Source: a virus
Taxonomy: Duplodnaviria > Caudoviricetes
IMG/VR virus record: IMGVR_UViG_2706796186_000001
Coordinates: 1-64,000 of that record
Reading direction: 5' to 3' (one strand)
DNA: 64,000 nucleotides
The notes under the pieces are model-generated. The model ran no database searches, was not told where the DNA came from, and saw only the letters and a program-made list of their open reading frames with translations. Shown here piece by piece: positions 44,146-55,124 of this stretch. Made by a program: the position numbers and the translations under genes. The first letter of the stretch is position 1. Each line of letters begins with the position of its first letter.

Positions 44146-45924
44146 TTAAAACCCTTGTGCGTATTCTTCAGCAGGTTCACTGTTGGCCACACGACGGTTA
44201 AACACCTCCAACACGTCATCCTTATCCGGTAACAGGAAGAAGGTGTTGGCAATGTCCATGGCATTCACACGACCGGCTGTCAGGTTCACACCGGTACGAC
44301 GACGTACCTCTTCAGACACCCCATTGATGAACAGCAGTTCAAAGATGGTGGTTTCACGAGACTGGTTCATCATGTTGGTCGCTGACGGATAAGCCTGTGT
44401 CAAGTCCGCATCTGCCGTCTGACCACGGAAGGCAGAATAGAACTGTGGCAGCTCCTTCAAGACATCCAACCCGTTCTCGGCATTCATACACGCCGTTAAC
44501 GTGACGATCCAACCGTCTGTCCCGATAACCTCCTCATCGTAGTTGTTACGCATCTCTGCACCCACACTGCCCGCCACGTAGCCTTGGGCTAACAGGTAGT
44601 AGGTGAAGGCGATACAGATACGCTTCGGTAACGACGGGAAGATGTCGTACATCGAGTAACCGGCCAAAATCGTTATCGCTGAGGAAAGGTCGTTGGTTTT
44701 CTTATCCAACAAGACAATCATCAGGTTATCGAAGATGTTATAGACACAATATTCCAACGGGAACTCTCGTTGGGCTTTTAAGTGCCAATCCAGTTTCTCC
44801 TCGTACGGCAATCCCGGTATGTCAAGTTTGTTCAGGCCCAGCTCTGAATCCAGAATCGCATTCAGTTTATAGCTGGGTCGCTGACCCTCATGCACACGCA
44901 GGGAGCGGAACAACACCATGGCATCCACGCAGAAGAACGACGCCATACAGTACAAGACGTGCCACTGCTGGCTCGGTGCTTTGGTAAGCGACTTGGACTC
45001 CGTCTTCTTCGACGCCAAATCTTTCTTGAACCACACCTTACGGTACTGCCTTGGCACATCCGGGTGACAGAACACGTCTTCCGGCTCGATACAGCCACGC
45101 TCTAACGCTTCCATCATACGGGTGATATCGAACTCGTGGTTCCATGCCACTAACAGGTCAGGCAGACGTGGGTGAATCTCTTCAAACATACGGACGATAC
45201 ATTGCGCCGAGTCTAAGCACTCGTAAGTGAAGATTTTGTAATCGGCAATGACGTTCTTCACTTTGACTTCGGTTTCGCCCGTCTTTTTATTTTTTTCTCT
45301 GAACTCAATCTTGCTCAGCAGTTCCTGCGCTTTGGCAACCAGGCGGTTATCCCAGTTCTTGCCGATACGCGCCACGTAATCCTTCGTGCAGAACATGTGA
45401 ATTTCATCGTCCAGTACAAAGGACATGATCCACGGGTCACGCGATTTGTCTTCTTCGCGTGTTTCTACGTCGTAGACACAGATGCGGTTCGGTGTGGTGC
45501 AGTCTTTGTACTTCGCCATGTACTTCTGTTTAATCCAGCTAGTGACCGGTAAGTCCGCCAGATAAACAAACGGGCTAGTACAGACCTGACGAAGACGCTT
45601 CTTCGGATCAGGGAAACGGGCACCCAGACCCATTTGCAATGTCTTGGCCATTAACGCATCGGTCGTCAATAACTCCTGACAACGCGACTTCAATTCGAAC
45701 TCTTTCTTTTCCTTGTGATTACGGTACGGCTCTTGCGTCACGTACACCGGACGCTTCACATTTTCACGCAGCTGAATACGCGGAATAAGCCGTCCATCCT
45801 TAGTATGGATGACCTCTTTAATGAGGACTAAGTCGTTTTCTCCGCTTTCGTCAGTGGCATAAGCGACGTGCTTACACTCCTTCGCTATGACGTCATCGGG
45901 GCTGAAATACATGTTGGTTTCCAT
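44146..45924 (-). CDS. split family-B DNA polymerase, 3'-5' exonuclease + motif A subunit (phiKZ gp82-like)
   Basis: ExoI YDVET, ExoII AWNHEFD, ExoIII YNIFD, motif A DADLTQAYPS. Confidence 0.85.
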   Translation of the reverse strand: METNMYFSPDDVIAKECKHVAYATDESGENDLVLIKEVIHTKDGRLIPRIQLRENVKRPVYVTQEPYRNHKEKKEFELKSRCQELLTTDALMAKTLQMGLGARFPDPKKRLRQVCTSPFVYLADLPVTSWIKQKYMAKYKDCTTPNRICVYDVETREEDKSRDPWIMSFVLDDEIHMFCTKDYVARIGKNWDNRLVAKAQELLSKIEFREKNKKTGETEVKVKNVIADYKIFTYECLDSAQCIVRMFEEIHPRLPDLLVAWNHEFDITRMMEALERGCIEPEDVFCHPDVPRQYRKVWFKKDLASKKTESKSLTKAPSQQWHVLYCMASFFCVDAMVLFRSLRVHEGQRPSYKLNAILDSELGLNKLDIPGLPYEEKLDWHLKAQREFPLEYCVYNIFDNLMIVLLDKKTNDLSSAITILAGYSMYDIFPSLPKRICIAFTYYLLAQGYVAGSVGAEMRNNYDEEVIGTDGWIVTLTACMNAENGLDVLKELPQFYSAFRGQTADADLTQAYPSATNMMNQSRETTIFELLFINGVSEEVRRRTGVNLTAGRVNAMDIANTFFLLPDKDDVLEVFNRRVANSEPAEEYAQGF

Positions 45925-45996
45925 CGGTTCTCTCTCATCGATCCGCCTCTATATTGATCGGTGGTGACGTAAAAACTTTTTAAAGGAACGTCTGAT

Positions 45997-47355
45997 ATGG
46001 GCTACTGGTCTAAGCACGCACAGAGCGTGAAAGAACTCAAGCGTGTTGCCGCTGAGTCAATTAAGTTTCAAGATAAGAAAAAACTGGCATCACTCGCCGA
46101 TATCGTTGCTAAGTTCCAGGCTGCGGGGGATTTCTCCGTGGCTGCATACGACACCTCCGGTATCAAAGAGTGGATTCAGAAAAACCACGGCATTGGCGTC
46201 GTCTTCACAAACGGGGCTGAACTGGGTCTGGAGTCGGAACTGTTTGCGGCGATTCAACCGCCACAGATTGATGCCAACAACCCGATTGTGGCGCAATTCC
46301 ACCGTGTGGTGTATCAGGGCAATAAAGACCTTGACCTGTACAGCAAGTTTATCAAAGACAACGAGCTGAATGGCGAGTTCGATGATAACAACGCGGTACT
46401 GAAAGGCGACCTGTCGAAAATCACCTCACCGCTTTACGTGACCCCACCGATCTTCAATGGTCGTGCCGAACTGACCGCGTATGAAATCGCCGCCATCATT
46501 CTGCACGAAGTGGGCCACGTCTACTATTACCTGCGTACGCTGATGCGTGGTGTGATAGTGAACCTGTTGGCGGATGCCGCGGCAAACCGCATGATGGAGA
46601 TGGATTCACCGCAAGAGAAACTGCGCGTAGTCAAAGACGTTGAACGTATCCTCGATACGAAAATCAACCAGCCGGAGACTATCTGTGACTCGTTCAAAAA
46701 AGAAAACATCTACATGCACCTCGTTACCCAGACACTGCTTGAGCGTCCGAACATCACCGGCGGTAAAGGGTTTGGTAACCGTAGCTGGGAACGTGCTGCC
46801 GATGACTTCTCTGCCCGAATGGGTGCTGCGCCTTACCTTGCGTCCGCGCTCTACAAGATGGAAATGAGCCAGTGGTGGATTCTGCGTCATAACTCGTACA
46901 CCAACATCTATACGCACCTGTTTGGCGAACTGCTGAACATGGCGGTGTTGATTGTGGGTGCAACTACACCATTCGGTATTGTGTATGCCTCGGTGATGGT
47001 TGCGTTCGGGTTAATCATCAACGACCCGGAAAACACCATTTACGATCCACCGCAGGAACGCTTCGAAACGCTGCGTCGCAATCTGGTCGAGGAACTGAAT
47101 GTCCTCAAAGGGTTGAACACCAAAGCCGCGAACGAACAACGTCAGCGTTGTTTGGACGGTATTGCCGGGCTTGACCAGATTCTGAAGACGGTCAAGGATA
47201 AAGATAACATCTATGCCTTCATCATGAAAACCTTGACGCCTGCGGGTCGTAAGGAACGTGCCGCGGTAGACTACCAGCGTGCCCTTGAAGGCTATATGTC
47301 CAACGACCTGCGTGTTGCCTCTGCGAAGATGTCTCAGCTGGCCAACGCTAAATAA
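45997..47355 (+). CDS. virion head protein with zincin-like HExxH motif
   Basis: IILHEVGH plus downstream ERAADDF; hydrophobic segment; AAE site near the N-terminus. Confidence 0.7.
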   Translation: MGYWSKHAQSVKELKRVAAESIKFQDKKKLASLADIVAKFQAAGDFSVAAYDTSGIKEWIQKNHGIGVVFTNGAELGLESELFAAIQPPQIDANNPIVAQFHRVVYQGNKDLDLYSKFIKDNELNGEFDDNNAVLKGDLSKITSPLYVTPPIFNGRAELTAYEIAAIILHEVGHVYYYLRTLMRGVIVNLLADAAANRMMEMDSPQEKLRVVKDVERILDTKINQPETICDSFKKENIYMHLVTQTLLERPNITGGKGFGNRSWERAADDFSARMGAAPYLASALYKMEMSQWWILRHNSYTNIYTHLFGELLNMAVLIVGATTPFGIVYASVMVAFGLIINDPENTIYDPPQERFETLRRNLVEELNVLKGLNTKAANEQRQRCLDGIAGLDQILKTVKDKDNIYAFIMKTLTPAGRKERAAVDYQRALEGYMSNDLRVASAKMSQLANAK

Positions 47356-47379
47356 CTTGATTACTGACAAGGTAAAATC

Positions 47380-47820
47380 ATGACGCATAAACTTTCTCTG
47401 AATTCCCTCGTGCTCGACTTCAAACGCGACAACGAAGGGAAAGGTGTGCAGGGCTCACAGGCACTGACCGCACTGGTGGCTTTCACGTTGGCTTACTCCG
47501 TCCGTTTGCCGGACAACGGCGCATACGGCTCTACAGAAGCCGCACAGGCGTTCCTCGTACCTATCATGAAGAACATCGTCTCGGATGTGAACGAGTTGTA
47601 CTGCGTTGACCTCGGTACCGTGCTGGACTTGACCTCTGCACTGTACTGCAACCGTTACGACAACGTCTGGGGTGGTCGCCGTGCGCTGGATGCGTTCTCA
47701 CCGAAAGCCGTCATTGACGAAGCGTACGGTGTGGATTGCTACCCGACCGTTCAACTGTGGGCTGAGCGTTTCTTCGAAACCGTTGGCTTCTACATCAGCG
47801 AAACAACTCAGAAGGCGTAA
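47380..47820 (+). CDS. virion structural protein (putative)
   Basis: In the head-protein operon. Confidence 0.65.
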   Translation: MTHKLSLNSLVLDFKRDNEGKGVQGSQALTALVAFTLAYSVRLPDNGAYGSTEAAQAFLVPIMKNIVSDVNELYCVDLGTVLDLTSALYCNRYDNVWGGRRALDAFSPKAVIDEAYGVDCYPTVQLWAERFFETVGFYISETTQKA

Positions 47821-47823
47821 ACC

Positions 47824-49581
47824 ATGACCAGCATGACCGAAGTAGGTGGGCTGGTCTCTACCGCCCCACAGTGGCGTCTCGGTGAAATGGGCAACCTGCT
47901 CCAAGAGCACATGAACCACAAGATTGGCAGCCTCGACCAGCTAAACTTGTACATGCAGCGTAACGACGCTGACTTGCTCTACGGTAGCCGTATCCTTGCG
48001 CAGGTGGAAGCCATTCTGGATGATGTCCGCCGCCATGGGATTTCACGCGACCTTGCGGTTGCCGTGGAGTCTACCCGTCCGGGCACCATTCCAAAGAACG
48101 TGCAGAAAATCCTGACTTCCAACTACACCGGTACCCATCAACAGGAAACGGTTGCGGCACTGGAGTCGTGGAAAGAAGCCGGGCGTATGGGCCTCATTAT
48201 TCTGGTACTGACCGCCATCCTGAAAATCATCAGTTGGATTGTGGAGTCGGGCAAAGGGTATAAAGGTAACACCAACCCGAAAACTGCCGCAGACAAAGTC
48301 GAAGAATACAAAACCAAGACTGACGAGAAATGGCAAGCCGCCGCCGAAACACCTCCTCCGGCTCCGAAGTCCGTTAAGCCGGATGACTGGAAGCGTGAGT
48401 ATGAGTCGCTGGCAGATACCCTGACCTGCGCGTCTGTCAAAGCCGCGTATCTCGACGCTACCAAAGAGCTGTCCAGTCGTAGTCTGTCACAACTGACTGC
48501 GGCCGCACTGCGTTACGACGCGTTGATTAAGAACGCCAACGCAAGCGATTACGTGGACACGGTGACAGCGGTCTCTGGCCGTAACCCTATCGTACCCCTG
48601 CTGAAAGACGTGGCTTCGGGTGAGAAAGGGGCCGGGTCTGTCGGTGGTCTGGTCGCTGAACTGCTGCGCATGAACGTATCCGAAGGTATCTTCACACCGC
48701 AGGCTGCGGCGAAAGCATATTCGATGTTGCCAAAAGGCATGCACGAAGCAGGCGTTCGTATTCCTAACGAATCTGTCTTCCGCATGATGGCTAACCGTGC
48801 ACCAGAACTGAACAACTTCTTCCAAGCTGCCGGTAAAGGGTTCGATGCGCTGTCTTCGATGATGTCGCAGAAGCACGAGCAGAACAAATGGAATGACGAC
48901 GACCTGCACAAGCCGGGAACGGAATTTGCCCACGCGATGCGTTTCCTCAACGACTACCTTGCTACCGTAATTCCGGTCGTGAAAGGCGGGAAGTTCACTG
49001 CGGAAACCTCCCCGACAATTGCTGTGGTTGGCACACTGTCTGGCGGTGGCTTAATCGGTTACGACGAGCCTACGGAATTCCTCGGTAACACGGTGTTGGT
49101 GTGCGCGCAGTACGGTGCCTACCTGAACAGCAGCTTCCTCTCTTCCTACACAGAACGCCGTGGGTTGAACGATGACGAGGCAGGCGGTGTCTTGCAGGCA
49201 TTGGTGGTCATGGCCAACGGCCTGTCAACGAACAGTGGCGTCACAAACTTCAACGCGTACAGCAAGATGGAAGGTGAGGTGAAGACCCTCATCGACCGTA
49301 TTCAGTCGTGGGAGAAGTCCATGTCCCGTAGCCGTGAAGGCGCACATGCGTTGCAGGTGATTGGCGCAGGTCTGCTCAGCGTGATGATGGAAGAACGTTC
49401 CGACAGCCTGAATATGGGCCGTGAACTGTCAGCGGATTACAAAGACCAAGGCTCCGGTGATTTCTGGATGGGTCTGCGTAAGAACCTGAACTACATCCGT
49501 CGTATCTGCATGGGTACGGTTGGGATGCAGAACATCATCAGTAAAAGCCAGAACAACCCGTTCATCAAAGGCAAAAATTAA
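47824..49581 (+). CDS. virion head/ejection protein (putative)
   Basis: ALESW-type processing site followed by a hydrophobic helix. Confidence 0.65.
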   Translation: MTSMTEVGGLVSTAPQWRLGEMGNLLQEHMNHKIGSLDQLNLYMQRNDADLLYGSRILAQVEAILDDVRRHGISRDLAVAVESTRPGTIPKNVQKILTSNYTGTHQQETVAALESWKEAGRMGLIILVLTAILKIISWIVESGKGYKGNTNPKTAADKVEEYKTKTDEKWQAAAETPPPAPKSVKPDDWKREYESLADTLTCASVKAAYLDATKELSSRSLSQLTAAALRYDALIKNANASDYVDTVTAVSGRNPIVPLLKDVASGEKGAGSVGGLVAELLRMNVSEGIFTPQAAAKAYSMLPKGMHEAGVRIPNESVFRMMANRAPELNNFFQAAGKGFDALSSMMSQKHEQNKWNDDDLHKPGTEFAHAMRFLNDYLATVIPVVKGGKFTAETSPTIAVVGTLSGGGLIGYDEPTEFLGNTVLVCAQYGAYLNSSFLSSYTERRGLNDDEAGGVLQALVVMANGLSTNSGVTNFNAYSKMEGEVKTLIDRIQSWEKSMSRSREGAHALQVIGAGLLSVMMEERSDSLNMGRELSADYKDQGSGDFWMGLRKNLNYIRRICMGTVGMQNIISKSQNNPFIKGKN

Positions 49582-49627
49582 AATAAAAAGACCTACTCTC
49601 CTTCGGGAGAGTAGGCTTTCTTTTTTT
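49581..49627. terminator. bidirectional terminator
   Basis: CCTACTCTCC-TTCG-GGAGAGTAGG flanked by A and T tracts. Confidence 0.8.
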
Positions 49628-52574
49628 ATACCGGCGCAGTATCGTGACGGTTGTAGCTTGCAACAATGTCGTCTTTCAGACCGACACGGCCGTTAGCCTC
49701 AATCACCAACTTCTTACCGACAGTGACCTGTGTGGCATCGGACATGACCGTAAACAGACGCATGTCTTGGTCAGGCCCCATCCCACCCACTACCACACCC
49801 AAGATGGTGTCTTTTAACGCATCTTGCAGGGCTTCACCCAACGCCACCGCAGACACGGTGCTGTTGTTAATCAGGTACTGACTGATAACCTCAGAGGTCT
49901 TCTTCTGGATGGCTTTAATCAAGTCCGCATTCTGACGGTTCACCGCAGTCAGGTAATAGCTTACCGTGAACTGTTGCTCAGCAGGGATTGGTGTAATGGC
50001 ACCGTTCTCCGTGCGGGCATCGATGTACCCCATGGTGGTGATAGGCACGAAGTACGCATCGGTACGCTCCAACAGCAGCGGGGTCAGTTGTGGCATGTTC
50101 ACCGTGATTTGGTTGATCATGTAATCAACCACCGATTGGCGGTACGCCGCCACTTCATCACTGTCTGCAAACAGGTAACGGGCATCAAAGACCGCCATCT
50201 CGTTACGGAACCGGATGCTGCGTGGACGGTCAATCACGGAGTTACCGTCACTGTCCTTCACCAACGTCCCTTTCTCGTGCAACACTTCCTGTACCCCGTT
50301 ATCATCAAGCACCGGGTCACCTTTACGGTGTTTGTACGTCAACTGCAACGGCGGTGTTTTGGCTGCGTCGTACGTGTACTCAGGCACACCACGCTCGTTC
50401 GTCTTCACCACATCCGCCTCGTAGAACTTCAGCACATCGGCTTCGTAATACTTGTAGTTGATGCTGTCGGTGATAGGACGGGCTTTACGCCAGTATGCGG
50501 TTAAGGCTTTACCCAGTTCGATTTTGAAAATCTCATGGGTGATGCCAATCGCATCACGAGACGGAGCCACAATCAGGGTGTCCATGTTCGCCCGTTCGTA
50601 GTTCTTCGGATAGTACCCTGTACAGCCATAGAAGATGTTGAAGTCTTCAGTCAGGCTAACCGGGATATTCACCGTTGACGACGACGTGGTGCGGGTGTTG
50701 GTGATAATCATCTCATCGTTACGGTCAACGTCAAGATTGGTCTCCAACAGGAACTCCCACACACGCTCACTGCCCTGCTTACCAACGAGTGTCCCCTGAA
50801 CCCATGCGAGGCTTTCAGAGTTACGCGGTTGGAAGGAGAGTTGGGCGAACACCTGTCCATCGTCCAGTGCTTGGTACGGGGATTCCGACTTGGTCACTGT
50901 GCGCAGGACATAACCTTGGTCGGTCATCAGAATCTGATAGTCGGCCGTGACCACACTCAGTTCAGTTGTGATATTGGTGCTGATGAAGCGCTTCGACACG
51001 AGGCTCGGACGGTCAAGCTGGTAGATACGCACGTCGATGGAGTTGTTGTTGATGTCCAGCACGTAATGGAATGGCGTGAAGAGATACGAACCACCATTCC
51101 CCGCATTCACCAAATCCTCTTTACGCATGGTCTTCAACAGTTCCGTCATCGTGGTTTCCACCGACAACGTGCTACCGTCAAACTTGTACAGCGTATTCGG
51201 CAGTACGGTCATACGGTTATCATTGATACGCACGGTCGAGAGATTCGACAACTCATCCCAGCTGAAGTACAACGCCGATGTCACCGAACCAATCGGCGAG
51301 CTGACGTTCTTCAGGGTGGACGCCGGTAACGGGGCTGACATCAGATACGTACGACTGGTGACATAGTCGATAGCGTTCTGAAGGGTCAGGTTGAAGTCGG
51401 CCGCCACGGCGGTCAGTTGCTTCTCCGTAATCGGTGCTTGACGTAAGCCCACGGCGTTATTCACCACACGGTCGCGCAGTTCCGTAAACGGCAATTCTGC
51501 TCGTCCGCCAGACGTCACACCCACACCGCTCTCTGCCACTATCTGGAAGATAGAGAAGTTACGCAGGGGGTTCACGTAAGACGCGTCGTATTCCCCGTTC
51601 AGGTCACGGAAGTCCCATGAGAACTGGTCAGTGGCATAGCTGGACAAATCCACTCTCAGCACACCCATGGTGGTGTAGACGTCCATACGCACTTCACCTG
51701 ATACCAAACCGGTGGTCAGGTAAATAGAAGGAATGGTACAACGAATGTTCTGGCCCACAACCTGAATGACCGCAGTGGCCACATTCGGGTCATACACGTC
51801 ACGGCTGTGCGTGTGCGGAATCTCCACCCAACCGGTACCAGCAGCATCACGTTGCCAGACACGGGCGTAAAAGAAGCTGTTGGTGAAGCTGCGGATGATT
51901 TGCAGTTCGTTCGTCCCGACGGTGGTGTCGGTGTGGCTCTTGACGTCGTACTGCTTCACCGGAATCTTGATACGCAACAGAATCGAGTTAGTGGATGGGG
52001 ATGAACCCAAGTCCCATTCGAGGGCGTTGGTAGAAACCGGAGCAATCGGTGATTGTGTCTCGGTAATCCACAGCACTTCGAAAGCCGGGTTGTCCGGTGT
52101 CCCGTATGGCAACACACGAATCTCAATCGGGTATTGAATCGAGAAGGTGTAGCCGGACACTTTGAAGACGGTGTCGCGTGGGATAACCAGTTTGCGCACA
52201 CCGGCGTAAACCAGCGGCATGGCTTTGCTCAGTAACGAGTCCACGTCGATAATCAACTGGAGTTCGGCACCCGACGGCTGTGAGAACACATCGACGTAAT
52301 CCACATCCGACATGTGGCGGAAGAGGTCGTCCATGGTCTGAGCCTGAGACGGGTATGTTTTCGGTACTGTTGCCCGACACCCTTCAATCGCAGTGTGTGC
52401 CAACATCACACCGGCTTCGGCTAAGAAGACCACGGGGTCAGTTGGGCTGCGAAGGGTAATGGAGGCGGCGTTGTCGCTGACGTTTTGGAGCTGCTTTAAT
52501 AACAGCGTCTGCATCGCGGCGGGGTTATGCGCCAACAGCAACATATTCGATGCCAGCTTATCATAAGTGTCCAT
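49626..52574 (-). CDS. large virion structural protein, putative baseplate wedge
   Basis: 982 aa, beta-rich; SGGRAELPFTELRDR resembles the baseplate-J/gp6 GG-x-x-E motif. Confidence 0.65.
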   Translation of the reverse strand: MDTYDKLASNMLLLAHNPAAMQTLLLKQLQNVSDNAASITLRSPTDPVVFLAEAGVMLAHTAIEGCRATVPKTYPSQAQTMDDLFRHMSDVDYVDVFSQPSGAELQLIIDVDSLLSKAMPLVYAGVRKLVIPRDTVFKVSGYTFSIQYPIEIRVLPYGTPDNPAFEVLWITETQSPIAPVSTNALEWDLGSSPSTNSILLRIKIPVKQYDVKSHTDTTVGTNELQIIRSFTNSFFYARVWQRDAAGTGWVEIPHTHSRDVYDPNVATAVIQVVGQNIRCTIPSIYLTTGLVSGEVRMDVYTTMGVLRVDLSSYATDQFSWDFRDLNGEYDASYVNPLRNFSIFQIVAESGVGVTSGGRAELPFTELRDRVVNNAVGLRQAPITEKQLTAVAADFNLTLQNAIDYVTSRTYLMSAPLPASTLKNVSSPIGSVTSALYFSWDELSNLSTVRINDNRMTVLPNTLYKFDGSTLSVETTMTELLKTMRKEDLVNAGNGGSYLFTPFHYVLDINNNSIDVRIYQLDRPSLVSKRFISTNITTELSVVTADYQILMTDQGYVLRTVTKSESPYQALDDGQVFAQLSFQPRNSESLAWVQGTLVGKQGSERVWEFLLETNLDVDRNDEMIITNTRTTSSSTVNIPVSLTEDFNIFYGCTGYYPKNYERANMDTLIVAPSRDAIGITHEIFKIELGKALTAYWRKARPITDSINYKYYEADVLKFYEADVVKTNERGVPEYTYDAAKTPPLQLTYKHRKGDPVLDDNGVQEVLHEKGTLVKDSDGNSVIDRPRSIRFRNEMAVFDARYLFADSDEVAAYRQSVVDYMINQITVNMPQLTPLLLERTDAYFVPITTMGYIDARTENGAITPIPAEQQFTVSYYLTAVNRQNADLIKAIQKKTSEVISQYLINNSTVSAVALGEALQDALKDTILGVVVGGMGPDQDMRLFTVMSDATQVTVGKKLVIEANGRVGLKDDIVASYNRHDTAPV

Positions 52575-53842
52575 CAGATGAGACCTGCCCTTTTCAGAAT
52601 GCGTTGGTAATCAGATTGGTATACCCACCACGTCAGTTTCCGGCGTACCGGGTCGATGTGGGGGTAACCGTAATAGTTGAACAGTGGGAGGAACTGTGGA
52701 ATGACCTGCACCAACTGGTCGCGAGCCGTCGGTACGAAGTTACCGGTTTGCAGACTCTCTGGGGTCGGTGACATATCCGGGTTAAAGTAAGACACGGTGG
52801 CGTTAAACATCTCCATGTAAAGCGGGTCGTCGTAACGTGCCCCGATACACTGCCACTGCAACGTGATGTTGGTGTCATCGTTGCTCATCGGTTTGGAGTT
52901 ATCCACCTGTGCCTGTTGCCCGGCGTTGTTGTTCATTGGCCATGCCACGCACGCTGTCCAGAAGCGGGTGATGTTCCCCATGGGGTCGTACTTCATCCCG
53001 TACATGCGGGTTTGGTAATCGATACGGCGTTGAATCGAGTTACGAATCTTCGGCATGAACTGACCACGACGCACCCCAGACATGTACTCCAGCCACACAC
53101 TGGCCATGCGCATAATCGCATTACCGTACGGGTTGGTTAAGGTCGAGGACATGGTGTAGCCGTAGTTCACAAGGTTCGTGGAATCGACCATCCCCCACTG
53201 CTCACGTAACAGCCCCTCGTCCGACATCCAGTTATCCACGGACTCATCCGGCATCCCCGACAAGCTAATCAGCTGTGTGGAAAGCAATGGTATGAAAGCC
53301 TGTAAATTATCGAAGGGGATATCGGGCAGGAACGGGGTTCCCAACCGGTTCTTTCGTAATCCCCTTGCGGTAAGCGGCGAGTCGGAAAACCCCAGTTCGA
53401 AATCAGGGTCGAGGGCTGCCAGAATCGAATAGTCGAGAGACGACTTCGGCTGCATTGCCATGTTTGACATGCGGCGTGAATTCGAAATGTTGTCGTAGCT
53501 AAGGTTAAAATCCGGTCGGGTAAAGAAGGTCATCCCCCCGTATTCCCGGTTCACCGGCACGGGGTTGTTGGCCATCATATGGTTGAACCCCATCAAGGGG
53601 TTGGTCATACGCTGCGCAGCGATACCTAGACCGACTGACAAGCGAATGCGGTCTGCCCACACGGATAACTCATCATCGAAACTCTTCTTTTGAGTGGGAG
53701 CTGTCGATGAAGAACGACCGTCAATGTAACCCGCTAACGAGGGAACGGCATCGGAATTGTTCGGGTTTGGGACGGTATAGTCGATATCCGTATTAGGGTC
53801 GTAACCGGGATCTGTATTCTTCTTTTCAGTCTCGTCACTCAT
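52574..53842 (-). CDS. virion structural protein (tail tube/baseplate-like)
   Basis: FFTRPDFNL and AWP motifs; stop/start overlap with the next gene. Confidence 0.6.
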   Translation of the reverse strand: MSDETEKKNTDPGYDPNTDIDYTVPNPNNSDAVPSLAGYIDGRSSSTAPTQKKSFDDELSVWADRIRLSVGLGIAAQRMTNPLMGFNHMMANNPVPVNREYGGMTFFTRPDFNLSYDNISNSRRMSNMAMQPKSSLDYSILAALDPDFELGFSDSPLTARGLRKNRLGTPFLPDIPFDNLQAFIPLLSTQLISLSGMPDESVDNWMSDEGLLREQWGMVDSTNLVNYGYTMSSTLTNPYGNAIMRMASVWLEYMSGVRRGQFMPKIRNSIQRRIDYQTRMYGMKYDPMGNITRFWTACVAWPMNNNAGQQAQVDNSKPMSNDDTNITLQWQCIGARYDDPLYMEMFNATVSYFNPDMSPTPESLQTGNFVPTARDQLVQVIPQFLPLFNYYGYPHIDPVRRKLTWWVYQSDYQRILKRAGLI

Positions 53843-53871
53843 GAAATTTTTACTCCGGAGTAAAGTATAAA

Positions 53872-55113
53872 ATGGCAGAAAAAACTGTTGAGACGAGTGT
53901 CATCTCGTTTCTCTCTAAATTCCCAGACCTGTTTCGGCAGCGTGCCGACTCGCTGGAAGAGTTCAACCAGATTCTGTATAACGAATACACTACGCTTGTT
54001 GAACAGTCGCTTTTAGGCGTTGATTACCTGCCAGGCATTCTGGATAAGTTGCAGATACTGCTGGCCGCTAACCAATTAACTGCCATCTCCCTGCTGATTG
54101 GCGTGCCTGAGGTGGATGTTATTGGAACGCTGGACAAAATCTCCACGCGCCGTAACAGCCTCGATGCCGCCGCCCGTAGCGGTTCCCGTCTGGCCACAAT
54201 GGCTATCGGCGAACGCCGGGGTCGCTTTGGTTTACCGTCATACGATAGCCTCGCCATCGCGGTGGGTGAATCGAGCCGTCGTGGTAGCCGACCGGTGAAC
54301 CAGAACAACCAGTTCAACGGAAACACCGAGGTTACCAACAACAACGACAACAGCCGTACTGAGAACTTTAACTCGACCACCAACAACTACGACAGCAAAG
54401 CGGGTAAAGTGGCCTCTACGCTACCGACCAACTTCATGAAGCAGATGATGGAGCAGGAAGGTCTGGCGGGTGGTAAGGTGTTCAGCGCGACCTTTGAACG
54501 TAACGGGAACAAAACCGAAGTGCCGATGCGTCTGCGCCTCGATGTGAAGTCTGTGCCGACTGACGGCATGGAAACCCTGATTGCGTTTGCCTCCGAACAG
54601 AAAGACTTCTGGGAGCGTTACATCCGTCTGCAACACAAAGGCGATCGTAACGGGGGTTGGCTGGATAAACTGGCGGCTGCAAAAGACCTCGCGTTCTCTA
54701 ACGACCTGATGGAAGAGTACCGTAAGAATCGCTACCGCGATAAGACGGGCTACTACACCAAGATGATGGAGAAGCGCAACGGTAACTGGCTGTCTGGTCT
54801 GTTGACCCTGTCGCCGTCTATCAACAACGCCTCTGGTGTGATGGTGGTCTCTCAGGAAACCATCGATGGTCTGGAAGCACAGCTCGGCGGTAGCTTCGAA
54901 GACTTCAACGTGCGTCAGCGCGTGTTCCAAGATACCCTGACCGTTTACTACGTCGTGGTTGATACAACGTGGAACCGTGTGACCATCTACACCCGTGGCC
55001 TGAACGGCTCGCAGGAACTGGATAAGTCTGACTTCTCCAAATCGAAATCTGGTGCGGCTGATGTGAACAAAATCATCGAAGCCTACCGCTCTGGCGCACA
55101 GCCGGTTCTTTAA
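53872..55113 (+). CDS. virion head (inner body-region) protein
   Basis: First gene of the head-protein operon; Asn-rich linker. Confidence 0.65.
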   Translation: MAEKTVETSVISFLSKFPDLFRQRADSLEEFNQILYNEYTTLVEQSLLGVDYLPGILDKLQILLAANQLTAISLLIGVPEVDVIGTLDKISTRRNSLDAAARSGSRLATMAIGERRGRFGLPSYDSLAIAVGESSRRGSRPVNQNNQFNGNTEVTNNNDNSRTENFNSTTNNYDSKAGKVASTLPTNFMKQMMEQEGLAGGKVFSATFERNGNKTEVPMRLRLDVKSVPTDGMETLIAFASEQKDFWERYIRLQHKGDRNGGWLDKLAAAKDLAFSNDLMEEYRKNRYRDKTGYYTKMMEKRNGNWLSGLLTLSPSINNASGVMVVSQETIDGLEAQLGGSFEDFNVRQRVFQDTLTVYYVVVDTTWNRVTIYTRGLNGSQELDKSDFSKSKSGAADVNKIIEAYRSGAQPVL

Positions 55114-55124
55114 GGGGTTTAGCA

